Of a stretch of DNA of 64,000 bases, positions 37,302 through 46,939 are shown in pieces (position 1 is the first letter of the stretch; each line of letters begins with the position of its first letter). Source of the DNA: Nanobdellati archaeon (GTDB taxonomy: Archaea; Nanobdellota; Nanobdellia; UBA10117). Location of the stretch: the NCBI GenBank assembly GCA_016182015.1, contig JACOYC010000012.1, positions 29,623 to 93,622 on the forward strand. The letters run 5' to 3'. The notes beneath the pieces are model-generated. The model did no database searches, was not told where the DNA came from, and was given only the letters and a program-made list of their open reading frames with translations. Both the position numbers and the translations under genes were made by a program.

Positions 37302-38198
37302 ATGGACGAACCGCCCAAAAGCAGCTTTCTGGAGCCGCTAAAGCAGGTTTATGAACAGAAGTACAAGCTGCTGATGTTCATCACAATCGGTTTGCTGATA
37401 TTCTCATTAGGTGTTCTGGCCCATCAGAAGGCGACAACCGGCGAGTTCATACAAAAAGATGTCAGCCTGAAGGGCGGCTTGATTATTACAGTTCAGACCG
37501 ACAAGGAATTAGATATTGATGGGCTGGAATTGAATTTGTCAAAAGTGCTGGGTGTTTCGGTTGATGTTAAGTCGCTTTCCGCGCTGGCTGGCCAGCGGCT
37601 TGGTTATACAATAGAAATTGAGAAGCTGAGCCAAGATAAGGTTAAAGCAGAGGTCGAGAAACTCACTGGCGTGCCGTCCGCTACGTATACGATTGAGGAA
37701 TCATCAAGCGCGTTGTCTGATGCATTTTTTAAATCAATTGTCAAGGCTTTGTTTGCCGCATTTGTATTTATGTCAATTGTTGTCTTTGTTTATTTCAGGG
37801 TGCCTGCGCCAAGCCTGGCAGTCATACTGGCAGCCGCGTCCGACTTGATTGGAACGGTTGCGTTCATGCAATTACTTAACATCAAGCTGTCCGGGGCCGG
37901 CGTGGCCGCGCTGCTCATGCTCATAGGCTACTCTGTTGACACGGATATTCTGCTTTCAACCCGCGTGCTCAGGGGTTCAAAGCCGCTGATGGAGGAGGTC
38001 TACAGCTCGCTCAAGACCGGCATAACAATGCAGGCCACTGCGATAGCTGCCCTTGCTGTTCTGTATTTTGTAGCGCCGGCTGCGACCCTAAGGCAGATTT
38101 CAGTCATATTAATAATTGGCCTGATACTGGATGTTTTCAACACATGGATTCAGAATGTTGGCCTGCTGAGAATGTATCTGGAGTGGAAGAAAAAATAA
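37302..38198 (+). CDS. secF: Protein export membrane protein SecF
   Basis: DVSLKGG, AALLMLIGYSVDTDILLSTR, NTWIQN. Confidence 0.92.
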   Translation: MDEPPKSSFLEPLKQVYEQKYKLLMFITIGLLIFSLGVLAHQKATTGEFIQKDVSLKGGLIITVQTDKELDIDGLELNLSKVLGVSVDVKSLSALAGQRLGYTIEIEKLSQDKVKAEVEKLTGVPSATYTIEESSSALSDAFFKSIVKALFAAFVFMSIVVFVYFRVPAPSLAVILAAASDLIGTVAFMQLLNIKLSGAGVAALLMLIGYSVDTDILLSTRVLRGSKPLMEEVYSSLKTGITMQATAIAALAVLYFVAPAATLRQISVILIIGLILDVFNTWIQNVGLLRMYLEWKKK

Positions 38199-38199
38199 A

Positions 38200-39741
38200 A
38201 TGATAAAGATTAAAGAACTATTTACATCGTGGCGGGTATGGGTGCTTTTATTCCTGATAATTGCGTCTTACGCGGCGATAAATCCCAGATTTAAAGCCAG
38301 CGGCCTGACAATTTCGCAGGTAGATTTTAACAGCTCTGCTTATCTGAATGGCGTGCCAGATAATGTTCGGATAACGGAATTAAACGGAAAAACCGTTAAT
38401 AATATCCAGGATTTTAATGCTATTGCTGCAGGTATAAAGCCCGGCGACCTTGTTAAAATAACCGCGCTGCAAAAGCCGTTTGCCTTTCGCGCGATTGAAA
38501 AGGACAATCAGACCTATCTTGGCGTAACAGTTGAGCCGCTCCCGACATCGAATCTGAAAAAGGGCCTTGATCTGGTCGGCGGGGTGCGTGTTTTGCTGAA
38601 ACCAAAGGAAGCTGTCTCGCAGGAACAGTTTGCAGATTTGGTTGACATAACGCAGAAGCGCCTTAATGTTTTCGGGCTGAAGGACATAAGCGTGAAGCAG
38701 GTTTCTGATTTGGAGGGGAATAAGTTTCTTTTGGTCGAGATGGCCGGCACGACACAGCAGGAGGCCATTAAGCTGATTTCACAGCAGGGCAAGTTCGAGG
38801 CAAAAATCGGCAATGAGTCTGCATTTGTTGGCTCAGAGATAAAGCAGGTTTCCAGGTCTGCCCAGCAGGGCGCGGGCGTACAGCGATGCGCGCAGGGCGA
38901 GGACTGGACGTGCAGGTTTATGTTCCCGGTTACGATAACGCCTGAAGCAGCAAGGAGGCACGCAGACATAACAAGCAGGCTTGCAGTGACAACAAATGTC
39001 GGCGAGGAAAGCTATCTTGAAAAAAAGCTTGATTTGTATGTTGACGATGAACTGGTTGATTCGCTTTACATATCTTCATCATTGAAGGGGCAGGAGGCAA
39101 CGGAATTTACTATTCAGGGCTCAGGCGGCGGCAGCACAAGAGATGCCGCATTTAACTCCGCGCTTGACAACATGAAGCGCCTGCAGACAATTTTAATTAC
39201 CGGCTCGCTGCCCGTCAAGCTGCAGATAGAGAAGACTGATGTTATTTCACCGGCGCTTGGCTCGGAATTTTTAAGAACTGCGATAATTGCACTTTTCGCC
39301 GCGATCGTGGCTGTTGGCGTGATAATCGCTATCCGCTACAGGAAGCCGCACATTGCAATTCCCATTATGCTGACCAGCCTGTCAGAGGTTTTTATCGTGT
39401 TTGGCGTGGCCGCGCTGATTAAGCAAAATATAGATCTGGCAGCGATTGCCGGCGTGCTTGCCACTGTGGGAACTGGCGTAGACGCGCAGCTAGTTATAAC
39501 TGACGAGGTTCTGGAGCGCGGCTCGCAATTTGCGTACGACTGGAAGGAAAAACTAAAGCGGGCGCTGTTTATTATTATGGGTTCGTATGCAACTGTTGTT
39601 GCGGCGATGATTCCGCTGCTGGCAGTTGGTGCTGGCCTGCTCAAGGGCTTTGCAATCGTCACGATAATCGGCGCCACGATCGGCGTGTTCGTGACAAGGC
39701 CGGCATATGCGAGGATTATTGAGGTCCTTTTAAACAAGTAA
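38200..39741 (+). CDS. secD: Protein export membrane protein SecD with a PDZ-like insert
   Basis: GLDLVGG, RLNVFGL, GSLPV, GTGVDAQLVITDE, LKGFA, TRPAY. Confidence 0.92.
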   Translation: MIKIKELFTSWRVWVLLFLIIASYAAINPRFKASGLTISQVDFNSSAYLNGVPDNVRITELNGKTVNNIQDFNAIAAGIKPGDLVKITALQKPFAFRAIEKDNQTYLGVTVEPLPTSNLKKGLDLVGGVRVLLKPKEAVSQEQFADLVDITQKRLNVFGLKDISVKQVSDLEGNKFLLVEMAGTTQQEAIKLISQQGKFEAKIGNESAFVGSEIKQVSRSAQQGAGVQRCAQGEDWTCRFMFPVTITPEAARRHADITSRLAVTTNVGEESYLEKKLDLYVDDELVDSLYISSSLKGQEATEFTIQGSGGGSTRDAAFNSALDNMKRLQTILITGSLPVKLQIEKTDVISPALGSEFLRTAIIALFAAIVAVGVIIAIRYRKPHIAIPIMLTSLSEVFIVFGVAALIKQNIDLAAIAGVLATVGTGVDAQLVITDEVLERGSQFAYDWKEKLKRALFIIMGSYATVVAAMIPLLAVGAGLLKGFAIVTIIGATIGVFVTRPAYARIIEVLLNK

Positions 39742-39791
39742 ACCCAAGTACATCCTAGTTAACCCCAATATACTTAAGTAAGCTTTAAATA
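39731..39791 (+). promoter_or_regulatory. Five imperfect 10-bp tandem units followed by a TATA box
   Basis: taaacaagta/aacccaagta/catcctagtt/aaccccaata/tacttaagta, then TTTAAATA at 39784. Confidence 0.5.
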
Positions 39792-39818
39792 TGTGGCTTG
39801 CAGTCTTAACTGGGGTAA

Positions 39819-40013
39819 ATGGTGGCCACACTAATCAAGGTTAAAGAGCACACTAAAGCCAGGCTTAAAAAGCTGGCAATAGGGAAATTTGGCAGGGAGA
39901 TAGGCACCGACATGACTTATGATACTATAATATCGCTGCTACTAAAGGAAGCCGAGAAGCGCGGTTTTGATTTTACAAAACTTATAAAAAGTCTGGAGAG
40001 GGGTGCTGATTAA
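39819..40013 (+). CDS. Small RHH/antitoxin-like DNA-binding protein
   Basis: TLIKVKEHTKARL...TYDTII..LL. Confidence 0.7.
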   Translation: MVATLIKVKEHTKARLKKLAIGKFGREIGTDMTYDTIISLLLKEAEKRGFDFTKLIKSLERGAD

Positions 40014-40909
40014 TGGTTCTAGAAGATTTAATACCAGTCCGGACAGCAGAGCGCAAGCCATATGAGATGCTGCCAATCGCGTTTATTTACGCGACAGTCT
40101 CTATTTTTGTGGCGCAGTGGATTTTTCCGACGCAGGCCGCAATAGTTGCAGTTTTCATGACTACAATTGCCTGCCTGCCACTTATGATTAATATAATCGG
40201 CTTTGAGAAAGAAAAGCTTGAGCATCACAAGGATTATCTGCGCGATGTTATCTATTCGCTGTTTGGCCGTGCCCACCCGGAGCGCTCGGAGCCGGAAGAG
40301 CGGGTTTTGCCGTTCTTTATATTTTTGTTTCTCGGCCTGACAATTGCAGTCATTGTCTGGTTTGTCGTGCTTCCAAAGGAATCCGCGCAGAATATTTTTT
40401 ATGTGCAGCTTAATACGATACGCGAGATTAACCTTGGCATACAAGGCGGAACGACAGCATCGTTATTTTTTGCGAAGATTCTGTTAAACAACGTGAAGGT
40501 TCTTTCATTCAGCGTTTTATTTTCGCTTATCTATGGAGCCGGTGCGATTTTTATTTTAGTTTGGAATGCATCTGTAATCGGGGTTGCAATTGGTGACACT
40601 ATGAGAAACGCGCTAGCCAAAGCCGCAGGCGCTGCCGGAAGCGCTACGGTTGGAGTCGCAGGCTACTCTACGGCAGTTTCTGCATCTGTGTTTCGCTACA
40701 TGATTCATGGCGTGCCAGAAATACTTGCGTATTTTATAGGCGCACTGGCCGGCGGTTTGATATCCATCGCGGTAACGCGGCATGAATGGAATTCTGAAAA
40801 ATTCGAGGAGACAACCTACGACGCACTTGGGCTTGTTGTGATAGCAATACTTGTGCTCATACTTGCAGCAATACTTGAAGTGGCTGTTTCTCCGCTCGTA
40901 ACCGTGTGA
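40013..40909 (+). CDS. SpoIIM/DUF95-family membrane protein
   Basis: ILLNN.KV, WNASVIG, HGVPEILAY, AAILE. Confidence 0.85.
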   Translation: MVLEDLIPVRTAERKPYEMLPIAFIYATVSIFVAQWIFPTQAAIVAVFMTTIACLPLMINIIGFEKEKLEHHKDYLRDVIYSLFGRAHPERSEPEERVLPFFIFLFLGLTIAVIVWFVVLPKESAQNIFYVQLNTIREINLGIQGGTTASLFFAKILLNNVKVLSFSVLFSLIYGAGAIFILVWNASVIGVAIGDTMRNALAKAAGAAGSATVGVAGYSTAVSASVFRYMIHGVPEILAYFIGALAGGLISIAVTRHEWNSEKFEETTYDALGLVVIAILVLILAAILEVAVSPLVTV

Positions 40910-41012
40910 AAAGTGTTAAAAAGTGCTTTTTCATATCTTAGTCAGATATAATGATGGCAGAGACGAGCGGCATCTGTTAAATGATATTTCTAGGGTTATT
41001 GAAGAAAGACTG

Positions 41013-41609
41013 CTAGCTAAATAGCGCTTTCAGGCCGGCTGCGATTATTTCATCGGCGTTGGCTTCGTTCGACCCAGGCACTTCCAGCTTTTGTCCGTGC
41101 TGCAACTTGAAATATTCATAGAACTTTTTTGTTGGCTCGAGCCACTTGGAGAGGCCTGCCTTTGAGCTTTCAATAAATCCCTTTTCAATTAGCAGTTTGA
41201 TGTGGGAGTATGCCTTGTTGCTTCTTACTCTTACTACATCGCACTGCCTTGAGCCGCTGCGCCACGCAATGTAGGCCAGCGTTTCCAGAACAGATTTGTC
41301 AAACTCAGGCTCAGCAATGTTTTTAACAACGGGAATAAATTCATCAGGCACTTTAAATTTCCATAGATTACTGTCATTTACGAGCTGGATGCCGCGCTTG
41401 CCTGCATACTCCTGCTGAACTTGAATAAGCACAGCCTTTATCTTCCCGCGCTGGATGACGCCAAGCTTTTCTCCGAGCTTGTCTATTGTAACGCCATCAG
41501 GAATGCAGTATAGAATTGCTTCTATTCTTGCTTTTAATTCTTCATTGCTGAGCTCATCGCCAGTTGCCTGTATCTCTGCGACTTGCTGCGGAACCTTTTG
41601 TCTGGCCAT
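41013..41609 (-). CDS. scpB: Condensin subunit ScpB
   Basis: IEAILY, LETLAYIAW, VRVRSNKAYSHIK.L, TKKFYEYF. Confidence 0.92.
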   Translation of the reverse strand: MARQKVPQQVAEIQATGDELSNEELKARIEAILYCIPDGVTIDKLGEKLGVIQRGKIKAVLIQVQQEYAGKRGIQLVNDSNLWKFKVPDEFIPVVKNIAEPEFDKSVLETLAYIAWRSGSRQCDVVRVRSNKAYSHIKLLIEKGFIESSKAGLSKWLEPTKKFYEYFKLQHGQKLEVPGSNEANADEIIAAGLKALFS

Positions 41610-41641
41610 GTTTTAGAGGCAATTAACACATTTATTAAACT

Positions 41642-41826
41642 ATCGTTAAAGCATGTAGCTAAAAAATTAGTAAAATATGCTTTAACGATTCCTTCGAACT
41701 GCCGTATATTTAAGGTTGGTTCGAAGTTATGAAAAAATGCCGAAACCTAGCAAAATCCCATTGGATTTTGCAGAGCAGCTAAAAATACTAGGTATTTTTA
41801 TCTGACCCCGCGCTTCAGCGCGCGGG
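41642..41826. repeat. Cluster of four inverted repeats between scpA and scpB
   Basis: ATCGTTAAAGCAT/ATGCTTTAACGAT; CTTCGAAC/GTTCGAAG; GCAAAATCC/GGATTTTGC; CCCCGCGC-TTCA-GCGCGCGGG. Confidence 0.65.
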
Positions 41827-42699
41827 ATGTGACAAAATTGTTCCTGAACTGGCCGATTTTTTTCTTTGTAATCGCCTTCCATTTTGTTTTCTTGCTGGCT
41901 TGGCATGCTCTTTTTCTGGCTCAATTATTTCCTCTGGCTCGGCAAACTCCTCTTTCTTAATTGCTGCATCGCCAAGACCGTCGTGCAGGTCTATAAAAAT
42001 TTCCTTAAATGCCTCTTCCTGCCGCAGCTCGACTTTCTGGTGTTGCGCGAGATGAAGCAGCGGCAGCAGCGTCCAGATAATATCTTTCTTTTCCTTGCTG
42101 GGCAGGATTTCTGAAAATGTTACAGAATTCTTTTTGAACCGGTGCACAAATGATTTTATTTTTGCCCAGAGCAGCTCTATTTTAGCGAAAATATCTACTT
42201 TCTTAATTGTTATTTCCCTTGGTTTTCGGAGCTCAGCCATATCAATTTGTTTTTGCTCTCTTCTTTGATCAACTTCGAGGGCTTTTTTCAGCGCGTCCAT
42301 AAGTTCGAATACAGTGACTTTTCTTTTTCTTACGCCGGGGATTCGCGCGGCCAGCGAAGCTTTTTTGAAGTGCTTTTCCTCTTCTAAGTCAACCAAATCA
42401 GTTTCATTCTCATGTAAATCATCGCCGCACTCATCCGGATTTGTTAGGGCAAGCAACTGTTCAACGCCTAGCCGCTCAGTTTTCATTTTTAGAAGAATAG
42501 CCGCAGCAAGAACAACCTTGCCGGACAGCCGAAAATTATGCTGTTTTAACTCTCGCAGCACGCGCAGGTATTCCCGGGCCAGCACAGAAACGTCCAAATC
42601 CCACGGGTCAATCTTGCCTGCACGAACAAGGTCATAGATAATGGCCTGCCATTTGACATCGTCTCCCTGCAGTATCATATCATAGATTTCCTTAGACAT
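41815..42699 (-). CDS. scpA: Condensin kleisin ScpA
   Basis: IDPWDLDV, AAILLKMKT, RKVT..EL..AL, LLHLA....V.L.QE..F.EI. Confidence 0.93.
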   Translation of the reverse strand: MSKEIYDMILQGDDVKWQAIIYDLVRAGKIDPWDLDVSVLAREYLRVLRELKQHNFRLSGKVVLAAAILLKMKTERLGVEQLLALTNPDECGDDLHENETDLVDLEEEKHFKKASLAARIPGVRKRKVTVFELMDALKKALEVDQRREQKQIDMAELRKPREITIKKVDIFAKIELLWAKIKSFVHRFKKNSVTFSEILPSKEKKDIIWTLLPLLHLAQHQKVELRQEEAFKEIFIDLHDGLGDAAIKKEEFAEPEEIIEPEKEHAKPARKQNGRRLQRKKSASSGTILSHPAR

Positions 42700-42700
42700 T

Positions 42701-43342
42701 TCACACCAGACTTAAAAAGAGCAAGCTACCGCTTATTAACATTTCCGCAAGCCAGACGCCTTTGCTCCAGCTCCATATTTTTTGACCGTCGAGGACAGCA
42801 AAGGGCAGAAGGTTAAAGATTGCCAGCCCCGCATTGACAAAAGCGCCCGTTTTGAAAACCTCTAACCCAAAAGCCAAAGAAAGAGCTACGAAAAAAAGCG
42901 TAAGGATGTTGTTAACTACCGGGCCGGCCAGCCCGATCTTTCCCATTTTTTCTTTGGTTATACTAACGTGTTTCATGACAAAGCCGTTTTTTGTTTCGCG
43001 AATCGGCGCAATCATTGTCGCGCCGGGCGCGGCAAAAACAAAGCTGCCCTTTGATATAAGCGACATGCCGATCGCGAGCATCAACCCAAATGGCCACATC
43101 CTGAACTCTGCCCAAAGGCCGTATTTTTCTGCTACAAATTTATGGCCTAGCTCGTGCAGCACAAAGGCAAAGCCGACAGCAATCAAGGTTTCTGTAAAAA
43201 ATCTGAAATTGTAATTGAAACCGCCGGAGAAAATCTCTTTGCGAAAAAGTACTAACGAGAATGCGAAGGCGAGGGCCAGCAGCGCTATTGTAATGTGCTG
43301 AATCTCGGTGCGCGATGTTTTGAATCTTGTTGATTTTATCAT
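42701..43342 (-). CDS. M50-family site-2-like protease
   Basis: HELGH, AGPVVN, FNLLPFAVLDG. Confidence 0.9.
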   Translation of the reverse strand: MIKSTRFKTSRTEIQHITIALLALAFAFSLVLFRKEIFSGGFNYNFRFFTETLIAVGFAFVLHELGHKFVAEKYGLWAEFRMWPFGLMLAIGMSLISKGSFVFAAPGATMIAPIRETKNGFVMKHVSITKEKMGKIGLAGPVVNNILTLFFVALSLAFGLEVFKTGAFVNAGLAIFNLLPFAVLDGQKIWSWSKGVWLAEMLISGSLLFLSLV

Positions 43343-46300
43343 ATTTTAACGCTTACTACGTTCGACCAGCCGTCCTTTGTCATACTAACGCCATAAATGC
43401 TGTCAGATTCGGATATTACTGCGTCGTTGTGCGTCACAATTATCACCTGCGCTTTTTGCGAGTATTCTTTCAGCAGCCTCGCAACTCTCTCAGAATTTAC
43501 CTTGTCGAGTGCGGCGTCAATTTCATCCAGAAGGTAGAACGGTGCAGGCTCGTGCTCCTGGATTGCGAAGATAAACGCCAGCGCAGCAAGGGTTTTCTCA
43601 CCGCCGGACAGCGATGTCAGGCTTGTCCGCCTGCCTTTCGCATCAATTATTTTTACAAGCACGCCGCCCCCAAACGGATTTTCAGGATTTTCCAATTCAA
43701 GGGTTGCGTGGTTTTTGTCGGCAATTTTTGCGTGCAGTTCCATGAATTTTTCAGCAATTTTTTCATATGTGCCGATGAACGCATCTTTCTTTTTCTTTTC
43801 GATTTCATCTATAACGCCAAGCACATCATTTTTTTCCGCTTGCAGCTTATTTGTTCTGCTAGCAAGGTTCTCGTACTCCTGCTGAACAGCTTCAAACACT
43901 TCCAGCGCGCGCATATTTATAGAACCGAGCGACTGTAGTTTGTCATTTACTGATTTTATTTTCTTTTTTGCGTCTTCAATATTTTTCACTTCTGCAAGCG
44001 TAATATCTGTGAAGGGCTCAAATTCCTGTTTCAGGCCGGCAAGCTCAGCTTCGTACTGGGCCTTTTCTATTGCGAAGTTATTTTTTGCCTGCTCTGCCTG
44101 CGAAATTTTCAGCATATGCTCGTTGAGCTGGGATTCCGTTTCGCGTAAAAGCGTGCCTGCCTGATTTTTGTTTGCAAATAGTTCTTTTATTTTCGCGTGG
44201 AATTTTTCTTCATCAGTTTCTTTGCCGTTTATGTCTTTTTCCAGTTTTTTCAACTGCGACTCTTCATCAACAATTTGTTTTTCAAACTCCTTTTTTTCTT
44301 TTTCAAGGTGCTTTAGGTTTTTCTCGATGCGCTCAAGCTCTGGGCGCAGGCTGTTGTCAAGAGCAGCAGTTATCGTGGCAAGCTGTGATTCTACATCAGA
44401 TTTTTTGGCCAGAAGCTCCTCGATTGCTTTTTTATTACCGCCGAACTGCAGGTCGCGCGCCCGCAGGCTTAGTTCATTTCGCTCCTGCGCTGCGGTTTTT
44501 AGTTTTGATTCAATTGAAGTGCGCTCGCTTTCAGCCTCAGCAAGTTTTTTCTGCAAATCAGATTTTTGTTTTTCCAAATCGTCCTGTTTTTTCCGGAGCT
44601 TTTCCTTTTCTTTCTCGCCGTAAATTTCTTTTGCAAGGACTGCCTTGCCTTCCAGCTCAGCTTTTTCCCCGCGCAGGCCGGAAATTTTTTCCTGAAGCTT
44701 CTCTCGCTCAGCCTGCATTTGTTTAATATTTTTATTTATGACAGAGAGGTCAGCTTCAAGTTTTACGACGAGGCCCTGCATCTCTGTTTGCTCAAAACCT
44801 ATTCCCGCACCTTTTTCACGGAAGCCGCCGGTTATAGCACCGCTCTGTTCAAACAAATCGCCGTCTAAAGTTACCATTCGGTATTTTCCTACGCCGAGCG
44901 ATCTTGCAGTTTGTATGCTTTCAACAACAAGCGTGTTCCGGAAAATATATTTGAATAAATTTTTATATTTTGATTCACATGTTATGAGGTTGTGTGCAAG
45001 GCCGATCACGCCGGACTTTTTCAGCGTGCTGGCCTCGACCTGCTGGCCCGCAGATATCTTGTCAAGCGGCAGGAAAGTAGCAGTGCCTGCCCGCGCATCT
45101 TTCAGGACTTGTAGGCATTTTATCGCAACATCAACAGATTCAGTGACTATATTTTTCATCCGCGCCCCAGCCGCGATTTTCAGGGCTTCTGCGTATTCTT
45201 TGTCAACTTTTCCCAGTTCTGCTATAGTTCCAAGCACGCCAGGCATTTTTTTCTTTGCTATTTCCTTGACTGCCTGATCGCGCTGCAGCATTTCTGAGAT
45301 AGAGCTGGCATGGGCCCGCGCCTTTGCAAACTCTTCTTCTTTTTTGATAAGTTCTTTATGCAGCTCGCCGGTGTCAAGGGCGAGTTTTGAATCCCGGCTG
45401 GCCAGCGCGGATATCTCGTCAGATATTTTTTTGAACCTGTTTTTGGCATCCTTCACGTCAGAAAACTTTTCTTCATCCTTTTCTATTTTTTTCAGTTCTT
45501 CTTCAGCAGATTTAAGTTCATGCTCGAGAATTTTCATATTTGATTGTATCTGGTAGTAAGCAGTGTTGGCTTTTTCCCGCTCGTCGCTGAGATCTTTAAG
45601 TGCTTCATCGAGGCGTTTTGCGTCCTTTTCCAGTTCGGCAAGCTCCGAGTCTGACTCGCCCTTTTTTGATGGCTCTGCGCGTTTTTTTATTAATGTAAGC
45701 TCCTTTTCAAGTTCAGTTTTATTTTTTTCATTGTTTTTTATTTTTGTTTCCAGCTCAGCGAGTGCGCCGCTCCAGTCCGCCTTTCTTGCATCTGCCTTCT
45801 GCAGCTCCGCGCGCGAGTTTGAAATTAGCAGCCTGCTCTTTTCAGCGGAGACTTTTAGGCCTTCAATTTCTTTTTGCAGGGCCTGCGCTTCTTCGCCGCC
45901 TTTTTTTTGGATTTCTTTTTCGAGGCGCTCTATGTTGTTCCTGAACTGGCCGATTTTTTTCTTTGTAATCTCGACTTCGAGCCCAAGGTTGTTTACTGCC
46001 TGCTCCTGCTTTTCTATCTCGCTGAGGGTTTTGTTTTTTCTTGTGTTTGTCAAGTCAGTGCGGAGTTTTATCTCCGCGGCCCGCAGTCCTTTCAGCTCGG
46101 CCTGCATGCTTCTGTATCTCTCCGCGCCCTTCTTTTCCTCTTCGAGATTTTTCATGTAATTTTCTTTTTCGCGCAGGATTATGCCTGCTTCTTTCAGCTT
46201 ATCATCAACTTTTGCAAGTTCTGCCAGCGCTTTGTTTTTACGCTCTTCATATACGCCGATGCCAGCCACTTCTTCAACAAGCTGCCTTTTTTCCAGAGGC

Positions 46301-46758
46301 TTCATTTCTACAAAATGGGCGATGTCGCCCTGCAATATTATGTTGTGGCCTTCCGGATGAACCCTTACGAGGGAAAGAAGTTCCAGCACTTCGCCGCGGG
46401 TCGAATTCTTGCTGTTTATTTTATACTGTGTGCCGCCGTCTTTTTTTATTTTTCTTTTGATTTCAATCTGCTTTTCCTGCATCGGAAAAACGCCCGCGGA
46501 ATTATCTAAATATATCGCCGTATCCGCCTCGCTTGCTGTGTTCGATTTTTTCTTGAAAATTAAATCAGAAAAATTTTCAGCCCTGAGGTCTTTCGATGAC
46601 ATCCGGCCAAGAATGAAGCAAAAGCCGTCCAGCACGTTCGATTTTCCCGAGCCGTTTGGGCCGATTACTGCGTTAAGCCCGGGGCCGAACTGCAGCTGGG
46701 TTGTCTTGCCGAATGATTTGAAGCCGCGCAAATTCAGGCCGGATATAAATGTCTTCAT
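43339..46758 (-). CDS. smc: Chromosome partition protein Smc
   Basis: GFKSF, GPNGSGKS, hinge ATFLPL/VTLDGD..G..TGG, LSGGEK, LLDEIDAALD, VTH. Confidence 0.97.
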   Translation of the reverse strand: MKTFISGLNLRGFKSFGKTTQLQFGPGLNAVIGPNGSGKSNVLDGFCFILGRMSSKDLRAENFSDLIFKKKSNTASEADTAIYLDNSAGVFPMQEKQIEIKRKIKKDGGTQYKINSKNSTRGEVLELLSLVRVHPEGHNIILQGDIAHFVEMKPLEKRQLVEEVAGIGVYEERKNKALAELAKVDDKLKEAGIILREKENYMKNLEEEKKGAERYRSMQAELKGLRAAEIKLRTDLTNTRKNKTLSEIEKQEQAVNNLGLEVEITKKKIGQFRNNIERLEKEIQKKGGEEAQALQKEIEGLKVSAEKSRLLISNSRAELQKADARKADWSGALAELETKIKNNEKNKTELEKELTLIKKRAEPSKKGESDSELAELEKDAKRLDEALKDLSDEREKANTAYYQIQSNMKILEHELKSAEEELKKIEKDEEKFSDVKDAKNRFKKISDEISALASRDSKLALDTGELHKELIKKEEEFAKARAHASSISEMLQRDQAVKEIAKKKMPGVLGTIAELGKVDKEYAEALKIAAGARMKNIVTESVDVAIKCLQVLKDARAGTATFLPLDKISAGQQVEASTLKKSGVIGLAHNLITCESKYKNLFKYIFRNTLVVESIQTARSLGVGKYRMVTLDGDLFEQSGAITGGFREKGAGIGFEQTEMQGLVVKLEADLSVINKNIKQMQAEREKLQEKISGLRGEKAELEGKAVLAKEIYGEKEKEKLRKKQDDLEKQKSDLQKKLAEAESERTSIESKLKTAAQERNELSLRARDLQFGGNKKAIEELLAKKSDVESQLATITAALDNSLRPELERIEKNLKHLEKEKKEFEKQIVDEESQLKKLEKDINGKETDEEKFHAKIKELFANKNQAGTLLRETESQLNEHMLKISQAEQAKNNFAIEKAQYEAELAGLKQEFEPFTDITLAEVKNIEDAKKKIKSVNDKLQSLGSINMRALEVFEAVQQEYENLASRTNKLQAEKNDVLGVIDEIEKKKKDAFIGTYEKIAEKFMELHAKIADKNHATLELENPENPFGGGVLVKIIDAKGRRTSLTSLSGGEKTLAALAFIFAIQEHEPAPFYLLDEIDAALDKVNSERVARLLKEYSQKAQVIIVTHNDAVISESDSIYGVSMTKDGWSNVVSVKI

Positions 46759-46939
46759 TCCCAGCCAGCCCTAGCGAGAGAATGATTAGCAAATGGGCCA
46801 CGTGAAATTTGTTTCATTACGCTGTTCCTCCAACCGCCACACAATTAAATGGGTGCTTATAAATTTAACTATATTTTAGCTCGGATTAAGCGATGAATTT
46901 AAATAATAGGGTTTTTATCTGTATTTAGGAGGGCTGGCC

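Noticed and set aside
41727-41924. 65-aa ORF as an alternative scpA tail or new gene
   Set aside because: Mostly translated hairpins; scpA is already complete.
43940-46774. Many plus-strand ORFs rich in F/S opposite smc
   Set aside because: Antisense shadows of K/E-rich codons.
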